The notes beneath the pieces are model-generated. The model was not told where the DNA came from. It saw only the letters and a program-made list of their open reading frames with translations, and ran no database searches. Shown one piece after another: positions 1 to 9,445 of a stretch of DNA of 64,000 nt (position 1 is the stretch's first letter; each line of letters opens with the position of its first letter). The stretch lies in the NCBI GenBank assembly GCA_033857635.1, contig JAWVDF010000022.1:138150-202149 (forward strand), given 5' to 3'. The stretch is from Blastocatellia bacterium (GTDB taxonomy: Bacteria; Acidobacteriota; Blastocatellia; Pyrinomonadales; Pyrinomonadaceae). A program made the translations under genes and the position numbers.

Positions 1-1260
1 CGCGATGACGGAAAGACCTGGACGGACGTCACGCCAAGAGATCTTCCTTCCGGAGGCCGCGTTCAATATATCGAGGCGTCGCCGCATCGCAAGGGCTCAG
101 CTTACTTCGCCGTGTACCGTTGGCTGCTGGGCGACTATCAACCTTATATCTATCGTACCGATAATTATGGCCGGACGTGGACGAGACTGACGGATGGTAA
201 GAATGGAATCCCGGCGGACTGGCCCACGCGCGTGGTGCGCGAAGATCCAAACCGCGAGGGACTCCTGTACGCGGGCACGGAATTCGGCATGTTCATTTCA
301 TTCGACAACGGCGCCCACTGGCAACCGTTCCAGTTGAATCTGCCGAACGTTCCAGTCACCGACATCAAGGTTCATCAGCAGGATCTGGTGGTATCGACGC
401 AGGGACGTTCGTTCTGGATCCTGGATAACATCAGCTCGCTTTATCAGATCACGCCCCGGATAACTGCAACCGATTTGCACTTGTTCCATCCGCGCGACGG
501 CTATCGCACCAGGGTCAATCCGGCAGTGCTCGGCCCAACGATTGAATACTATCTTCCGACGGTGCCTGAGGGGCCGGTGACGATTGAGATTCTCGACGGC
601 AAGGGGGCTTTGATTAATTCATACAACAGCGATGCCCCGGCGGCCGGGCGCGGTGGACGAGCTGGCGGCGGCGGAATGCCAGGAGCGGGCTTAGTCAGTC
701 CGGATCAGGAAGATCCCGACGCACCAGCGGGGCGAAGGGCGCCGCCTCCACACGCAACCAAAGTCGCGGGACTCAATCGCTTCGTCTGGGACGTGCGCAA
801 CCAGGCAGGCGTTATCGTTCCGCCGGGACAGTATCAGGTCCGCGTGAAGATTGGCGCGGCTGCATTGACTGAAACCCTCAACCTGCTCATTGATCCTCGA
901 GTCGCGGCGGATGGCATTACTCTCGCCGACTTGCAGGAACAATTCGCGCACAACATGCGCATGCGCGACCTCGTGACCAGCGTCAACCAACTGGTCGCTC
1001 GAGTTCGCGAAGCCCAAACGAAGGCGAGAGCCGACGCCAACACAGCAGCCGCGCTCAAAGCGATCGCCGCGCGGCTCATGACTGAACCGGTGCGATACGG
1101 CAAGCCTGGACTGCAGGCCCACATAACTTACCTGGCCGGCATGACCGCCAATGTCGATCAAAAGATTGGGCGCGACGCGATTGAAAGGTATGAAGTCCTG
1201 CACAAGGAACTTGACGCCATTCGTGCTGAAGTTGAGCGTGTACTGGCACCGACGCAATAG
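1..1260 (+). CDS. BNR/Asp-box (sortilin/VPS10-like) repeat glycosyl-hydrolase-like protein, C-terminal part; 5' end outside the window
   Basis: Frame 1 is open from base 1 (RDDGKTWTDV...). It has Asp-box-like motifs DDGKTW, TDNYGRTW and FDNGAHW. The listed ORF 112..1260 is only the part after an internal Met. Confidence 0.7.
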   Translation, partial: RDDGKTWTDVTPRDLPSGGRVQYIEASPHRKGSAYFAVYRWLLGDYQPYIYRTDNYGRTWTRLTDGKNGIPADWPTRVVREDPNREGLLYAGTEFGMFISFDNGAHWQPFQLNLPNVPVTDIKVHQQDLVVSTQGRSFWILDNISSLYQITPRITATDLHLFHPRDGYRTRVNPAVLGPTIEYYLPTVPEGPVTIEILDGKGALINSYNSDAPAAGRGGRAGGGGMPGAGLVSPDQEDPDAPAGRRAPPPHATKVAGLNRFVWDVRNQAGVIVPPGQYQVRVKIGAAALTETLNLLIDPRVAADGITLADLQEQFAHNMRMRDLVTSVNQLVARVREAQTKARADANTAAALKAIAARLMTEPVRYGKPGLQAHITYLAGMTANVDQKIGRDAIERYEVLHKELDAIRAEVERVLAPTQ

Positions 1261-1371
1261 CCGAAGCGGGCGTCCTTAAGCCCCCGAACGCGTCGAGGCT
1301 TATTTCGTTCTATACAAAAGATCAGCTTTCCGGTTCTTGGCTGAGAGCCCTATTCGTGGGAACATGCTGAA

Positions 1372-1677
1372 GTGGCAAAGCGGTTCACATATGAGTTCGA
1401 ATGGGATCCCAAGAAGGCCCGTGAAAATCTCAGGAAACACCGGATCACCTTTGAGCGGGCCGCGACGATCTTTCTTGATCCGCAAGCCTTATCTGAGTTC
1501 GATGAAGAAGAGAGGGGCAAAGAGCATCGCTGGATTACGCTGGGATTGGATCGAACAGGTGTTCTGCTCGTGGTTTGCCATACCTATCGGGACGAAACTG
1601 AGACAAGCGCGCATATACGGTTGATTTCTGCGCGTAAGCCAACGAGGAATGAAGCGAGACATTATGAGAGGAAGTAG
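1372..1677 (+). CDS. brnT: BrnT-family (DUF497) toxin
   Basis: 101 aa. FEWDPKKARENLRKHRITFERAATIFLDP is the typical BrnT N-terminus. A small antitoxin gene follows 4 nt downstream. Confidence 0.85.
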   Translation: MAKRFTYEFEWDPKKARENLRKHRITFERAATIFLDPQALSEFDEEERGKEHRWITLGLDRTGVLLVVCHTYRDETETSAHIRLISARKPTRNEARHYERK

Positions 1678-1681
1678 CGCG

Positions 1682-1882
1682 ATGAAACGTGAATATGACT
1701 TTTCCAAAGGCGTGAGGGGCAAGTTTTACCGTAAGGGAGCAGAGCTGCGTTTTCCCATCTATCTTGAGGCCAAGCTGCAAGAGCAAGTCCAGCGCTTGGC
1801 GCAGAAGAACGGCAAGGACGTTGGCGAGATGGTCAATCAGCTTGTCCGAAAAGAGGTGGAGGTTATTGAGGAATTCACCTGA
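1682..1882 (+). CDS. brnA: BrnA-like antitoxin
   Basis: MKREYDFSKGVRGKFY start is typical of BrnA-type antitoxins. The ATG at 1682 lies 4 nt after the brnT stop. The ORF track starts it at 1649, which overlaps brnT. Confidence 0.7.
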   Translation: MKREYDFSKGVRGKFYRKGAELRFPIYLEAKLQEQVQRLAQKNGKDVGEMVNQLVRKEVEVIEEFT

Positions 1883-1930
1883 GAGGGTTGAGAAGTGAGT
1901 CCCGGCGTTCGCGAATTGATCTCGACAGCT

Positions 1931-2689
1931 TTATGGCCGCCCGTTCCCGTCGAAGAACTTCGCGATCGCGGGCCACATGTGTTCCGCCCATAACTCATAG
2001 CCCTTGTCAGACGGATGAAAGCCATCGCTCGAGAGGTATTCCGGATGCGCGGGAAGCTCTTGATGAGTGATTGTATAGATGTCAAATACGGGGACCGAAT
2101 GACGTAAGGCGATCTCGTCCAACCGTTGATTGAAATCCACGATGAGCTGGTGATATCGACGGCGAGCAACCTCAGGTATTCGGGGCGCGGTAGAAATATC
2201 AGGAATATTGGTGACTAAGATGGTCGCGCCAGTGTCGCGTTTCAGCCTGCTTAGGATTGCTTCATAGTTCATGCCAAACTCTTCAACGGTTAAGCCATGG
2301 CCGATATCGTTAATCCCAATTCCCAGAGTGATGAAGTCGGCCTTCGCGGCCAGCGCCTGGTCCAATTGACTTTCGAGCACTGCGACCGTCGTCGCACCGC
2401 TAACACAAAAGTTCGTCAGGCGTGATCCAGGCCGGCGCTCTGAAATGTGTTTGAATAATCGCCCCGGGTATCCGCCGTTCCGGGCCCCGACCCCAACTCC
2501 GGTTGAGTCACCGAGCGCCACGTAATGAATTGGACCAGGTTTGAAGTTAGCCACGGTTGGCTTAGGCATTGCAGATGCACCGTTGCCCGGAGTTGTTCTC
2601 TCCGGGCCTCGCCGGTTACAAGCGGCTGACAAAATCAGTAAAGCTATCAAGCCAGGAATAAGAGACGCTCGAACCATCGACATTCGCAC
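1931..2689 (-). CDS. SGNH/GDSL hydrolase family lipoprotein
   Basis: Signal peptide with lipobox-like LSAAC. GDS block (VALGDSTGVG), GINDIG block and a C-terminal DGFHPS block. Confidence 0.8.
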   Translation of the reverse strand: MRMSMVRASLIPGLIALLILSAACNRRGPERTTPGNGASAMPKPTVANFKPGPIHYVALGDSTGVGVGARNGGYPGRLFKHISERRPGSRLTNFCVSGATTVAVLESQLDQALAAKADFITLGIGINDIGHGLTVEEFGMNYEAILSRLKRDTGATILVTNIPDISTAPRIPEVARRRYHQLIVDFNQRLDEIALRHSVPVFDIYTITHQELPAHPEYLSSDGFHPSDKGYELWAEHMWPAIAKFFDGNGRP

Positions 2690-2829
2690 TTCTCCATCAG
2701 ATCAGCATCATAACGAACTGCGGGAATCAGGCAAAACGAGGCCGCGCCGGAATTGATTCGAATTCACCACCGGCGCGGATATTACTTTGGGCGAGTGTCA
2801 GTGATGACTGACCGATGTCGAAGGAGTTG

Positions 2830-3486
2830 CTATAGTTCGGCGCTCGCGCGCCCCGGCGCTGCATTCGCAATCAGACCAAATGTAACCTTGGCCTCGGCAG
2901 GTGTAAGGATCGGGTGGTAGGTTTTTCCATAGTTGGCGACAATCTTGTTTACGTAATTCTGAGTCTCGGTGTAAGGCGGCACGCCCTGGTACTTGTCCAC
3001 GGATCCTTCGCCGGCGTTGTAACCTGCCAGAGCCAGCTTCACATCGCCATTGAATCTCTTTAACAACCAGGCCAGGTACTTCGTTCCTGCTTCGACGTTG
3101 CAGGCTTCGTCGTTTACATCATCGCACTTGAATCTTTTCGCAGTCGCCGGCATCAGTTGCATCAGGCCGCGCGCGCCCACAGGCGAGGTCGCATCAGAAT
3201 GGTATTTCGACTCCTGCTGGATGACCGCATGAATGAATCGCGGATCGACGCCCTCGCGCTCGCCCGTGCGAAAGATGATCCAATCCAGATCACAATCGCC
3301 GGAGACAGGTATGTCCGTAGGAATAGTTTCGGTTTCTAATTCGATGGGGCTGGCGTTGACGACGACGGGGGCAAAGACTGGGCTGAAGAAGAATCCCGTA
3401 AAGTTGGTCAAAAAGAAAAGCGAGATAACGGCGAAGGGTGCGAACTTGGCAGACCGCAAGTGTAGTAGATTTCGGGGAAACTTCAT
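2830..3486 (-). CDS. Lytic transglycosylase (SLT domain) protein
   Basis: N-terminal TM/signal. Motifs VIQQESKY (catalytic Glu), GLMQLMPATA and AGYNAGEGSVDKY. Confidence 0.85.
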   Translation of the reverse strand: MKFPRNLLHLRSAKFAPFAVISLFFLTNFTGFFFSPVFAPVVVNASPIELETETIPTDIPVSGDCDLDWIIFRTGEREGVDPRFIHAVIQQESKYHSDATSPVGARGLMQLMPATAKRFKCDDVNDEACNVEAGTKYLAWLLKRFNGDVKLALAGYNAGEGSVDKYQGVPPYTETQNYVNKIVANYGKTYHPILTPAEAKVTFGLIANAAPGRASAEL

Positions 3487-3507
3487 TCAGTAGTTCTCCA
3501 TGTGAGC

Positions 3508-3524
3508 GGTGACCCAGGGTCACC
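3508..3524. promoter_or_regulatory. Perfect 17-bp palindrome GGTGACCC-A-GGGTCACC next to the RBS of the lytic transglycosylase gene
   Basis: Read directly. It lies 22 nt upstream of the start at 3486 (minus strand). Confidence 0.3.
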
Positions 3525-3859
3525 AAATTAATATTCCAACTCAGCTGCGCATGGCGGACCGATTTACAAAGAACATAATGAACTTGCAATCGAAGACCGA
3601 GACTAAGATGGAGATTCAATTGCGATAGTTGCTCTTTTTGTGTCGTTGCCGAGGGTCAATGTGATGTACGAATGCGAGGCGAAGTTCAGTGTGTTGTAGC
3701 GGAACAATAACTAATCAAAGTGACAGGCAACCCTACAGCCAAGGCTGATTGGGTAAGCCGCCGGCTTTACCGCTATGTGCCGCGGCGGAGCCGCCAAGAT
3801 CGAACTAAATTTTCCTTGGGCACTAACGCGCAACTGCGTTTCCGCCTTATCATCCGTCC

Positions 3860-4858
3860 ATGCAAAACAAAGAGATCCGCTTCGCCAGCAGGCCCGCCGG
3901 CACACCTACGCTCGACAACTTCAATCTCGTCGACACCGACATGCCGAAACCAGCAGACGGCCAAGTGCTGGTGCGCACGCTCTATATTTCGGTCGATCCA
4001 TATTTGCGTAGCCGCATGCGCGAAGGCCGTTCGTATGTCCCGCCATTTGAAGTCGGCCAAGTGATCGAAAGCGGCGCAGTGGGTGAAGTGATTGAATCCC
4101 GCTCTCCCAAATTTCAGCCGGGCGATATCGTGACCGGCATGTTCGGCTGGCGTCTCTACAACGTCGCCAACGCCGACAGTTTGATGAAGGTACCGGCGGG
4201 AGTCCCGGCGACGACCGCGTTAGGTGTTCTGGGCATACCGGGCCTGACTGCTTATTTTGGCCTGCTCGATATTGGTCAACCCAAAGCGGGTGAGACGGCC
4301 GTTGTTTCAGGCGCCGCCGGGGCCGTCGGGACGATTGTCTGCCAGATTGCAAAGATAGAAGGTTGTCGCGTAATCGGAGTGGCCGGCAGCGACGAAAAGA
4401 ACCGTTATCTGAAAGACGAATTGGGAGTCGACGCGACGATCAATTATAAGCAGGGCGACATTCGGGAAGCGTTGAAAGAGGCCTGCCCCGAAGGCATTGA
4501 TATCTATTTCGACAACGTGGGCGGTGAAGTCTCGGATGCAACTCTGCCTTTGCTTAACCAGGGCGCCCGCATCGTTCTCTGCGGGCAAATCTCGATCTAC
4601 AATCTAGACAAACCGGACATGGGTTTGCGACCACAGCCTTATCTGCTCGTCAACCGCGCGATGATGAAAGGGTTCATCATCACGGATTATGCCGCGAGGT
4701 TTTCTGAAGGAGTAAAGCAGTTGGCCCAGTGGCTTGGAGCAGGAAAACTGAAGTATGCCGAGAATATCGTGGAGGGATTTGAGAACACTCCCCGTGCATT
4801 CATCGGCCTGTTCAGCGGCGAGAACCTGGGAAAACAAATCGTTAAGGTTGCCGACTAG
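3860..4858 (+). CDS. NADP-dependent oxidoreductase, MDR superfamily (CurA/YncB/PTGR1-like)
   Basis: 332 aa. Rossmann motif VSGAAGAVGTIVCQIAK. Overall pattern matches alkenal/enone reductases. Confidence 0.85.
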   Translation: MQNKEIRFASRPAGTPTLDNFNLVDTDMPKPADGQVLVRTLYISVDPYLRSRMREGRSYVPPFEVGQVIESGAVGEVIESRSPKFQPGDIVTGMFGWRLYNVANADSLMKVPAGVPATTALGVLGIPGLTAYFGLLDIGQPKAGETAVVSGAAGAVGTIVCQIAKIEGCRVIGVAGSDEKNRYLKDELGVDATINYKQGDIREALKEACPEGIDIYFDNVGGEVSDATLPLLNQGARIVLCGQISIYNLDKPDMGLRPQPYLLVNRAMMKGFIITDYAARFSEGVKQLAQWLGAGKLKYAENIVEGFENTPRAFIGLFSGENLGKQIVKVAD

Positions 4859-4883
4859 AATTGTGTTGGGTGTGTTTGACGCC

Positions 4884-5115
4884 CAACCGCGAAGCGGTTA
4901 CTCCCCTCCAGCCCAGGGTTGCCGTTTCGGCTACCCTGGGAAAAGAGAACCACGATTGATTCTGCAACCGCAACGCGGTTGCGTCGGCCGTATCTTCTCC
5001 AGATGAAATTGCGCAACCGCGTGGCGGTTAACAATTATCGCTTACGCTTCCCAGGGTAGCCGAAGCGGCAACCCCGGTCTATACAGGCTGGAGGTTGCCA
5101 ACCGAGTTGCGGTTG
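4884..5115. repeat. REP cluster (RAYT-type short GC hairpins)
   Basis: Hairpins AACCGCGAAGCGGTT, CCCAGGGT...ACCCTGGG (twice, inverted), CAACCGCAACGCGGTTG and CAACCGAGTTGCGGTTG. Confidence 0.7.
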
Positions 5116-5163
5116 AAAAAGACAAGTCGCCGCACTGCACATTTAGATCTATCATTGACCACC

Positions 5164-6132
5164 ATGAAAGCCATTCAAGTATCCCAGACCGGTGGACCGG
5201 AAGTACTGGAACTCGTCGAGCTTCCCATTCCCGAACCCAAACCAAACGAAGCGTTGGTTCAGATCAAAGCCGCGGGCGTGAACTTCATCGACGTCTATTT
5301 CCGCGAAGGGCGTTACCCGGCGCCGCTGCCGTTTATCAGCGGACAGGAAGCTGCCGGGGTAGTCGCTTCGATCGGCCCGGATGTTAAGAATGTAAGAGTC
5401 GGCGACCGTGTCGCTTATACCGGCGCGCTCGGAAGTTATGCCGAGTACGCGGCCGTGCCCGCCGATCGTTTGGTCAAGATTCCGGGCGAACTCGACTACA
5501 CACAAGCCGCGGCCGCCATGCTCCAGGGAATGACGGCGCATTATCTTTGCCACAGCACTTATCCAATCAAGCGAGACGAGACCGCTTTGATCCATGCCGC
5601 CGCCGGAGGTGTCCGTTTGTTGCTGGTGCAGATGTGCAAACTTCTCGGCGCGCGCGTTATTGGCACCGCAGGTTCTGACGAGAAGGCCGTGCTCGCGCGT
5701 GATGCCGGCGCTGACGAAGTAATCAATTATTCGAGCCAGGACTTTGAGACGGAAACAAAACGATTGACCGAAGGCAAAGGCGTGCACGTGGTGTATGACG
5801 GCGTGGGCCAGGCCACGTTTGCGAAGGGATTGAATGTTTTGCGCCCGCGCGGATACATGGTTATTTTTGGCGGCGCGAGCGGCGCGGTGCCGCCGTTTGA
5901 TCTACTCGAACTTACCAGGCACGGCTCGCTGTACGTGACGCGGCCCAGCCTGCACAACTACATCGCCAGCCGTGAAGAATTAGACCAGCGTTCGGGTGAG
6001 GTGCTGGAAATGATTGCGGCGGGTGACTTGAAAATACGAATTCATAAAACGTACGCGCTGGCTGAGGCCGCGACGGCGCACCGCGATCTGGAAGGGCGAA
6101 AGACAACCGGCAAGCTTCTACTGATTCCCTAG
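5164..6132 (+). CDS. qor: NADPH:quinone oxidoreductase (zeta-crystallin-like MDR)
   Basis: MKAIQVSQTGGPEVLELVELP...AAGVNFIDVYFREGRYP and AAAGGV nucleotide motif. I use the Met at 5164; the longer ORF from 5095 runs into the upstream repeat cluster. Confidence 0.85.
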   Translation: MKAIQVSQTGGPEVLELVELPIPEPKPNEALVQIKAAGVNFIDVYFREGRYPAPLPFISGQEAAGVVASIGPDVKNVRVGDRVAYTGALGSYAEYAAVPADRLVKIPGELDYTQAAAAMLQGMTAHYLCHSTYPIKRDETALIHAAAGGVRLLLVQMCKLLGARVIGTAGSDEKAVLARDAGADEVINYSSQDFETETKRLTEGKGVHVVYDGVGQATFAKGLNVLRPRGYMVIFGGASGAVPPFDLLELTRHGSLYVTRPSLHNYIASREELDQRSGEVLEMIAAGDLKIRIHKTYALAEAATAHRDLEGRKTTGKLLLIP

Positions 6133-6137
6133 TGTCA

Positions 6138-6408
6138 GAAGCCCGACCGTGAGGGAGGGCCACGTTGAAAGCGTGTCCCTTGGCGATCCAGCACGCCAAC
6201 CGAGTTAGTCTACCCAAAGCGCCAACGGCGCGAGATGCAAAAGCCTGGGCCATCAGCCCAGGTTGCTGTTTTAAAAATTCAGTCAGCGCTGAAAGCGCGG
6301 GATTCGATGGCGATGTTTTATTTCGCCTTTTCAGGGCTCCAACATCTTTAGATTGGGGATCCAGGGGCGTTGCCCCTGGCTATTTTATTTCACGCTTTCA
6401 GCGTGAGG
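6138..6408. repeat. REP cluster including a GAAGCCCGACCGTGAGGGAGGGC copy and a GGATCCAGGGGCGTTGCCCCTGGCTAT hairpin
   Basis: The 6358..6384 hairpin is near-identical in design to the RAYT flank GATCCGTGGGCGTTGCCCACGGCTAT at 55736..55761. Confidence 0.7.
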
Positions 6409-6437
6409 CACATCACTGATACGTACGCTTCCATCCC

Positions 6438-7499
6438 ATGCCGGAACTTCCCGACATCGTCGTCTACATCGAAGCGCTCGAACAGCGAGTTCTCCATCAG
6501 AGGCTGGAACGCGTGCAGCTCGGATCACCGTTTCTGCTGCGCACCGCGGTCCCTCCAATCAGCAGCGTCGAGGGAAAGAAAGTCACTCAGCTGCGCCGCC
6601 TTGGGAAACGCCTCTGCATCGGCTTCGAAAATGATCTTTGGCTGGTCCTGCACCTGATGATCGCCGGACGGCTGCACTGGAAAGACGAAGTCAGTACCGC
6701 GCGCGTGACCGGACGGGTCCCACACAAATCTCGGAAGAAAGCGGAACTCGCCGTCTTCCAATTTGCTAACGGCACTCTCTCTTTAACTGAAGCCGGATCG
6801 CAGAGACGCGCTTCGCTTCACATGGTTGAAGGCGAAGCCGGTCTCAAGCTTCTCGATCCAGGCGGCCTGGAGATTCTTGAAACTGATCTACAGGGGTTTG
6901 CAACTGTCTTGACCTCAGCCAATCACACTTTGAAGCGAGCCTTAACCGATCCACGTCTATTCAGCGGCGTCGGCAATGCCTACTCCGATGAAATTCTGTG
7001 GGAGGCGCAACTGTCGCCGGTGAAGCTGACCCAGAAACTCACCACCGCAGAAATTGAACGCCTCTTCAAATCAACTCGCGCAACCCTGATCAAATGGACC
7101 GAAGCCCTGCGCCGCGATGTAGCGCAAGTTGTTAACTTGCGCTCTCCCTCTCCCAGCAACACCATCGGGAAAAAGTCGACCTCAGCTCGGGGCACTAGCC
7201 CGACCGTCAGTGTGGGCTCACGGGACAGGAGCGATCGCGACCAGGTCAACCATTCCATCCCCTTCCCCGAAAAAGTCACAGCCTTCCGCCCCGACATGGC
7301 CGTCCACGGCAAGTACGGTCAGCCCTGTCCACGTTGCGGCCAAAAGATCCAACGCATCCGTTACGCTGCAAACGAAACCAACTACTGCCCGAGTTGTCAG
7401 ACTGGCGGAAAGCTCCTGGCCGACCGCGCCCTCTCGAGATTGCTGGGCAAGGACTGGCCGAAGAGCCTGGAAGAATTGGAAGGGCTCACATCCCGTTGA
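6438..7499 (+). CDS. Fpg/Nei-family DNA glycosylase carrying a roughly 48-aa repeat-derived in-frame insertion
   Basis: MPELPD N-terminus (catalytic Pro2/Glu3), H2TH region ([14 protein letters not shown]) and C-terminal zinc finger CPRCG...YCPSCQ. Extra segment at about 7116..7262 contains copies of two intergenic repeat families. Confidence 0.8.
   Translation: MPELPDIVVYIEALEQRVLHQRLERVQLGSPFLLRTAVPPISSVEGKKVTQLRRLGKRLCIGFENDLWLVLHLMIAGRLHWKDEVSTARVTGRVPHKSRKKAELAVFQFANGTLSLTEAGSQRRASLHMVEGEAGLKLLDPGGLEILETDLQGFATVLTSANHTLKRALTDPRLFSGVGNAYSDEILWEAQLSPVKLTQKLTTAEIERLFKSTRATLIKWTEALRRDVAQVVNLRSPSPSNTIGKKSTSARGTSPTVSVGSRDRSDRDQVNHSIPFPEKVTAFRPDMAVHGKYGQPCPRCGQKIQRIRYAANETNYCPSCQTGGKLLADRALSRLLGKDWPKSLEELEGLTSR
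7119..7141. repeat. Hairpin repeat GTAGCGCAAGTT-GTT-AACTTGCG inside the fpg-like CDS
   Basis: Same 23-mer as the tandem copies at 11591..11683. Confidence 0.8.
7197..7218. repeat. AGCCCGACCGTCAG-family repeat fragment inside the fpg-like CDS
   Basis: Shares AGCCCGACCGTCAG with 6138, 12877, 52801 and 57984. Confidence 0.65.
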
Positions 7500-7552
7500 T
7501 GAGTACTTCAGTCCAGGGTAGCATTGCTGAATCTTTCCCGCATCGAGAAGAA

Positions 7553-7615
7553 CGATCCACGAAATCACACGAAGCTGAACGAACATAATTTCACTTTCGT
7601 GTGTTTCGTGGATCG
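7553..7615. repeat. Inverted doublet of CGATCCACGAAATCACACGAAGC
   Basis: Arms at 7553..7575 and about 7595..7615. Family also found at 44535, 49643 and 50226. Confidence 0.8.
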
Positions 7616-7724
7616 ATTTATGAGGACACCTCAAATTTCCAAAACAAGTTGCTCATCAAAAAAGGAAAGGACTGGCGCTGTTGAGGCGCCAGTCCTTTCG
7701 GCTTTTCGTGATTGTGAAGATTAA

Positions 7725-8666
7725 CTACATCTTCTTCATCTCAGGTTTCATTTCGGTCTGGGCCGCGGCCTTCGCTTGCGGAGTGCCGATGTGCAAAAGC
7801 GCCAACCATTTTCCGTTGCGGTTGACCCAGATAGTTGAATGCCGCTCCTCATCCAACTTGGCCGCCTTCGGCTTTACCAGATAAGTTACGAACGTCGCGT
7901 CGGCATCCAGCTTACCGGCCTTCCACTCGGTCAACTTAAAATCGTTCGCGTCAAACTCGGCCGCGGTTTTGACTGCTGCCGCCTTGTCGTACACACCGGT
8001 GGATTCGAGTTCGATAAACGCCGCATCGAGCAAAGCTCCAAAGGCGTCGTAGTTCCTGCTCTTGAAAGCGTCCCAAACAAGCTTCTCGTTCGCGATCGGA
8101 TCCGGCCCAGCCTCTGCCGGTTTGGCAGCCGGAGTTGCGGCCTTGTCCGATTTCGGGCTCGGCGAAGGCGAAGCAGGCGGCATTGGTTTGACCGGCGTCT
8201 GCTGATAGAAAAACGCCTGCCACTTGCCGTCGCGATTTACCCAGGCAGCAGCCGCGCGATATGGACCAGGAGGAACATCCTTGCCTTTATAGGTGGCCTT
8301 CTGAGTAACGCTGTAAGTTAGAATCGCTGCGTCGTTGTCTATTAGCGACATCTTCCAATCTGAAAACGTCACGTCGGCGAGAATGAAATCCTTGACGTCC
8401 GCGACGATGCCGGCCTTGTCCATGACGCCCTGGTCAGTGACTTCGACGTAATCGCTGGCCAACATATTTCCAAACGCGGCATAGTCCTTCTGCTTAATCG
8501 CATCCCAAGCCGCCTTTTCTTTGGCGATGATGTCGGCTTCGGACGGAGCAGCCGTTTTTGGCACAGCCGTATTCGCATTTGTCGGCGCATTGATGTTGGG
8601 CCCTGGCTGATTAGTGCACGCCGCGACGAACAGCAAGAGAGAGATGAGCACGAGAAGCTTCTTCAT
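7725..8666 (-). CDS. Lipoprotein with two tandem DUF4440/SnoaL-like (NTF2-fold) domains
   Basis: Lipobox LFVAAC. Two internally similar halves (EKAAWDAIKQKDYAAFGNML... and EKLVWDAFKSRNYDAFGALL...). Confidence 0.7.
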   Translation of the reverse strand: MKKLLVLISLLLFVAACTNQPGPNINAPTNANTAVPKTAAPSEADIIAKEKAAWDAIKQKDYAAFGNMLASDYVEVTDQGVMDKAGIVADVKDFILADVTFSDWKMSLIDNDAAILTYSVTQKATYKGKDVPPGPYRAAAAWVNRDGKWQAFFYQQTPVKPMPPASPSPSPKSDKAATPAAKPAEAGPDPIANEKLVWDAFKSRNYDAFGALLDAAFIELESTGVYDKAAAVKTAAEFDANDFKLTEWKAGKLDADATFVTYLVKPKAAKLDEERHSTIWVNRNGKWLALLHIGTPQAKAAAQTEMKPEMKKM

Positions 8667-8768
8667 ACATGGAACTCCTTTGATCGGGATTTCGGAAAAA
8701 CGTGTGGAGTGCTTCTATGTCAAAACGGGAGTGGAGTCAAGAGTCAGGGGAAGAATGACCGTCGCCCT

Positions 8769-9119
8769 TCAGAGAGGAAGGTCGACTATTAGATTAACCC
8801 ATTCCTCAGCGTCCGAGGCTGCCCAGACTAATAGCAGCTCTTCAATCGCTACGTTAATGCCGACTTTCTGGGCGACTATCACAACTCCAGAACTTCTGTG
8901 GTTTGATACAAAGTCCGCAAAATGGCGGGGCATCGTGCGACGATCGTGGGTAACTAGAATCCGATCCTCACTAGCAGCAAGAGCTAACACTTCGAGGTCG
9001 GACAAGTCACGCAAGTTGGCTTCGCTGGCGGTCTGAAAGTCGATCATCGGTTCACGACGAACGACTCCGGTTAAGATATTTTCGTTGAGATCGGAGTCTG
9101 CCTGAAAACGCACCTTCAT
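8769..9119 (-). CDS. DUF5615 (PIN-like, Mut7-C-related) putative toxin
   Basis: MKVRFQADSDLN...ILVTHDRRTMPRHF pattern. Its start overlaps the stop of the upstream DUF433 gene by 4 nt. Confidence 0.75.
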   Translation of the reverse strand: MKVRFQADSDLNENILTGVVRREPMIDFQTASEANLRDLSDLEVLALAASEDRILVTHDRRTMPRHFADFVSNHRSSGVVIVAQKVGINVAIEELLLVWAASDAEEWVNLIVDLPL

Positions 9120-9445
9120 CGGGGAGAGGTTTCGCGTTCATGGCGAGCCTTCTCAAGACGATCGAATAGGTCGGGGTTTGCCGCGCGGGCCTGAGCCTTC
9201 CGTGCCTCGGACTCGGCGTTGAATTGGGTTTCGCCTTGCGAGAGGTACGAATCAATCTCCCGCTCATGAGAAAGATAGAAAGTGATCGCGCCGTAGATTT
9301 CTTCGAGACTTAGGAGCGGGAAGGAACGTTTTATCGACTCGGGCGCCGCTCCACGCTTGAACGCATCGACAATGGAATCGAGCGAGATGCGAGTGTCCCT
9401 TATCCAGTAACCACCTTCACGCTGTTCGACGTAGGTCTTTTCCAT
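9116..9445 (-). CDS. DUF433 domain protein (putative antitoxin partner of DUF5615)
   Basis: GGYWIRDTRISLDSIVDAFKRGAAPESIKRSFPLLSLEEIYGAITFY is a typical DUF433 core. Translationally coupled to 8769..9119. Confidence 0.75.
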   Translation of the reverse strand: MEKTYVEQREGGYWIRDTRISLDSIVDAFKRGAAPESIKRSFPLLSLEEIYGAITFYLSHEREIDSYLSQGETQFNAESEARKAQARAANPDLFDRLEKARHERETSPR

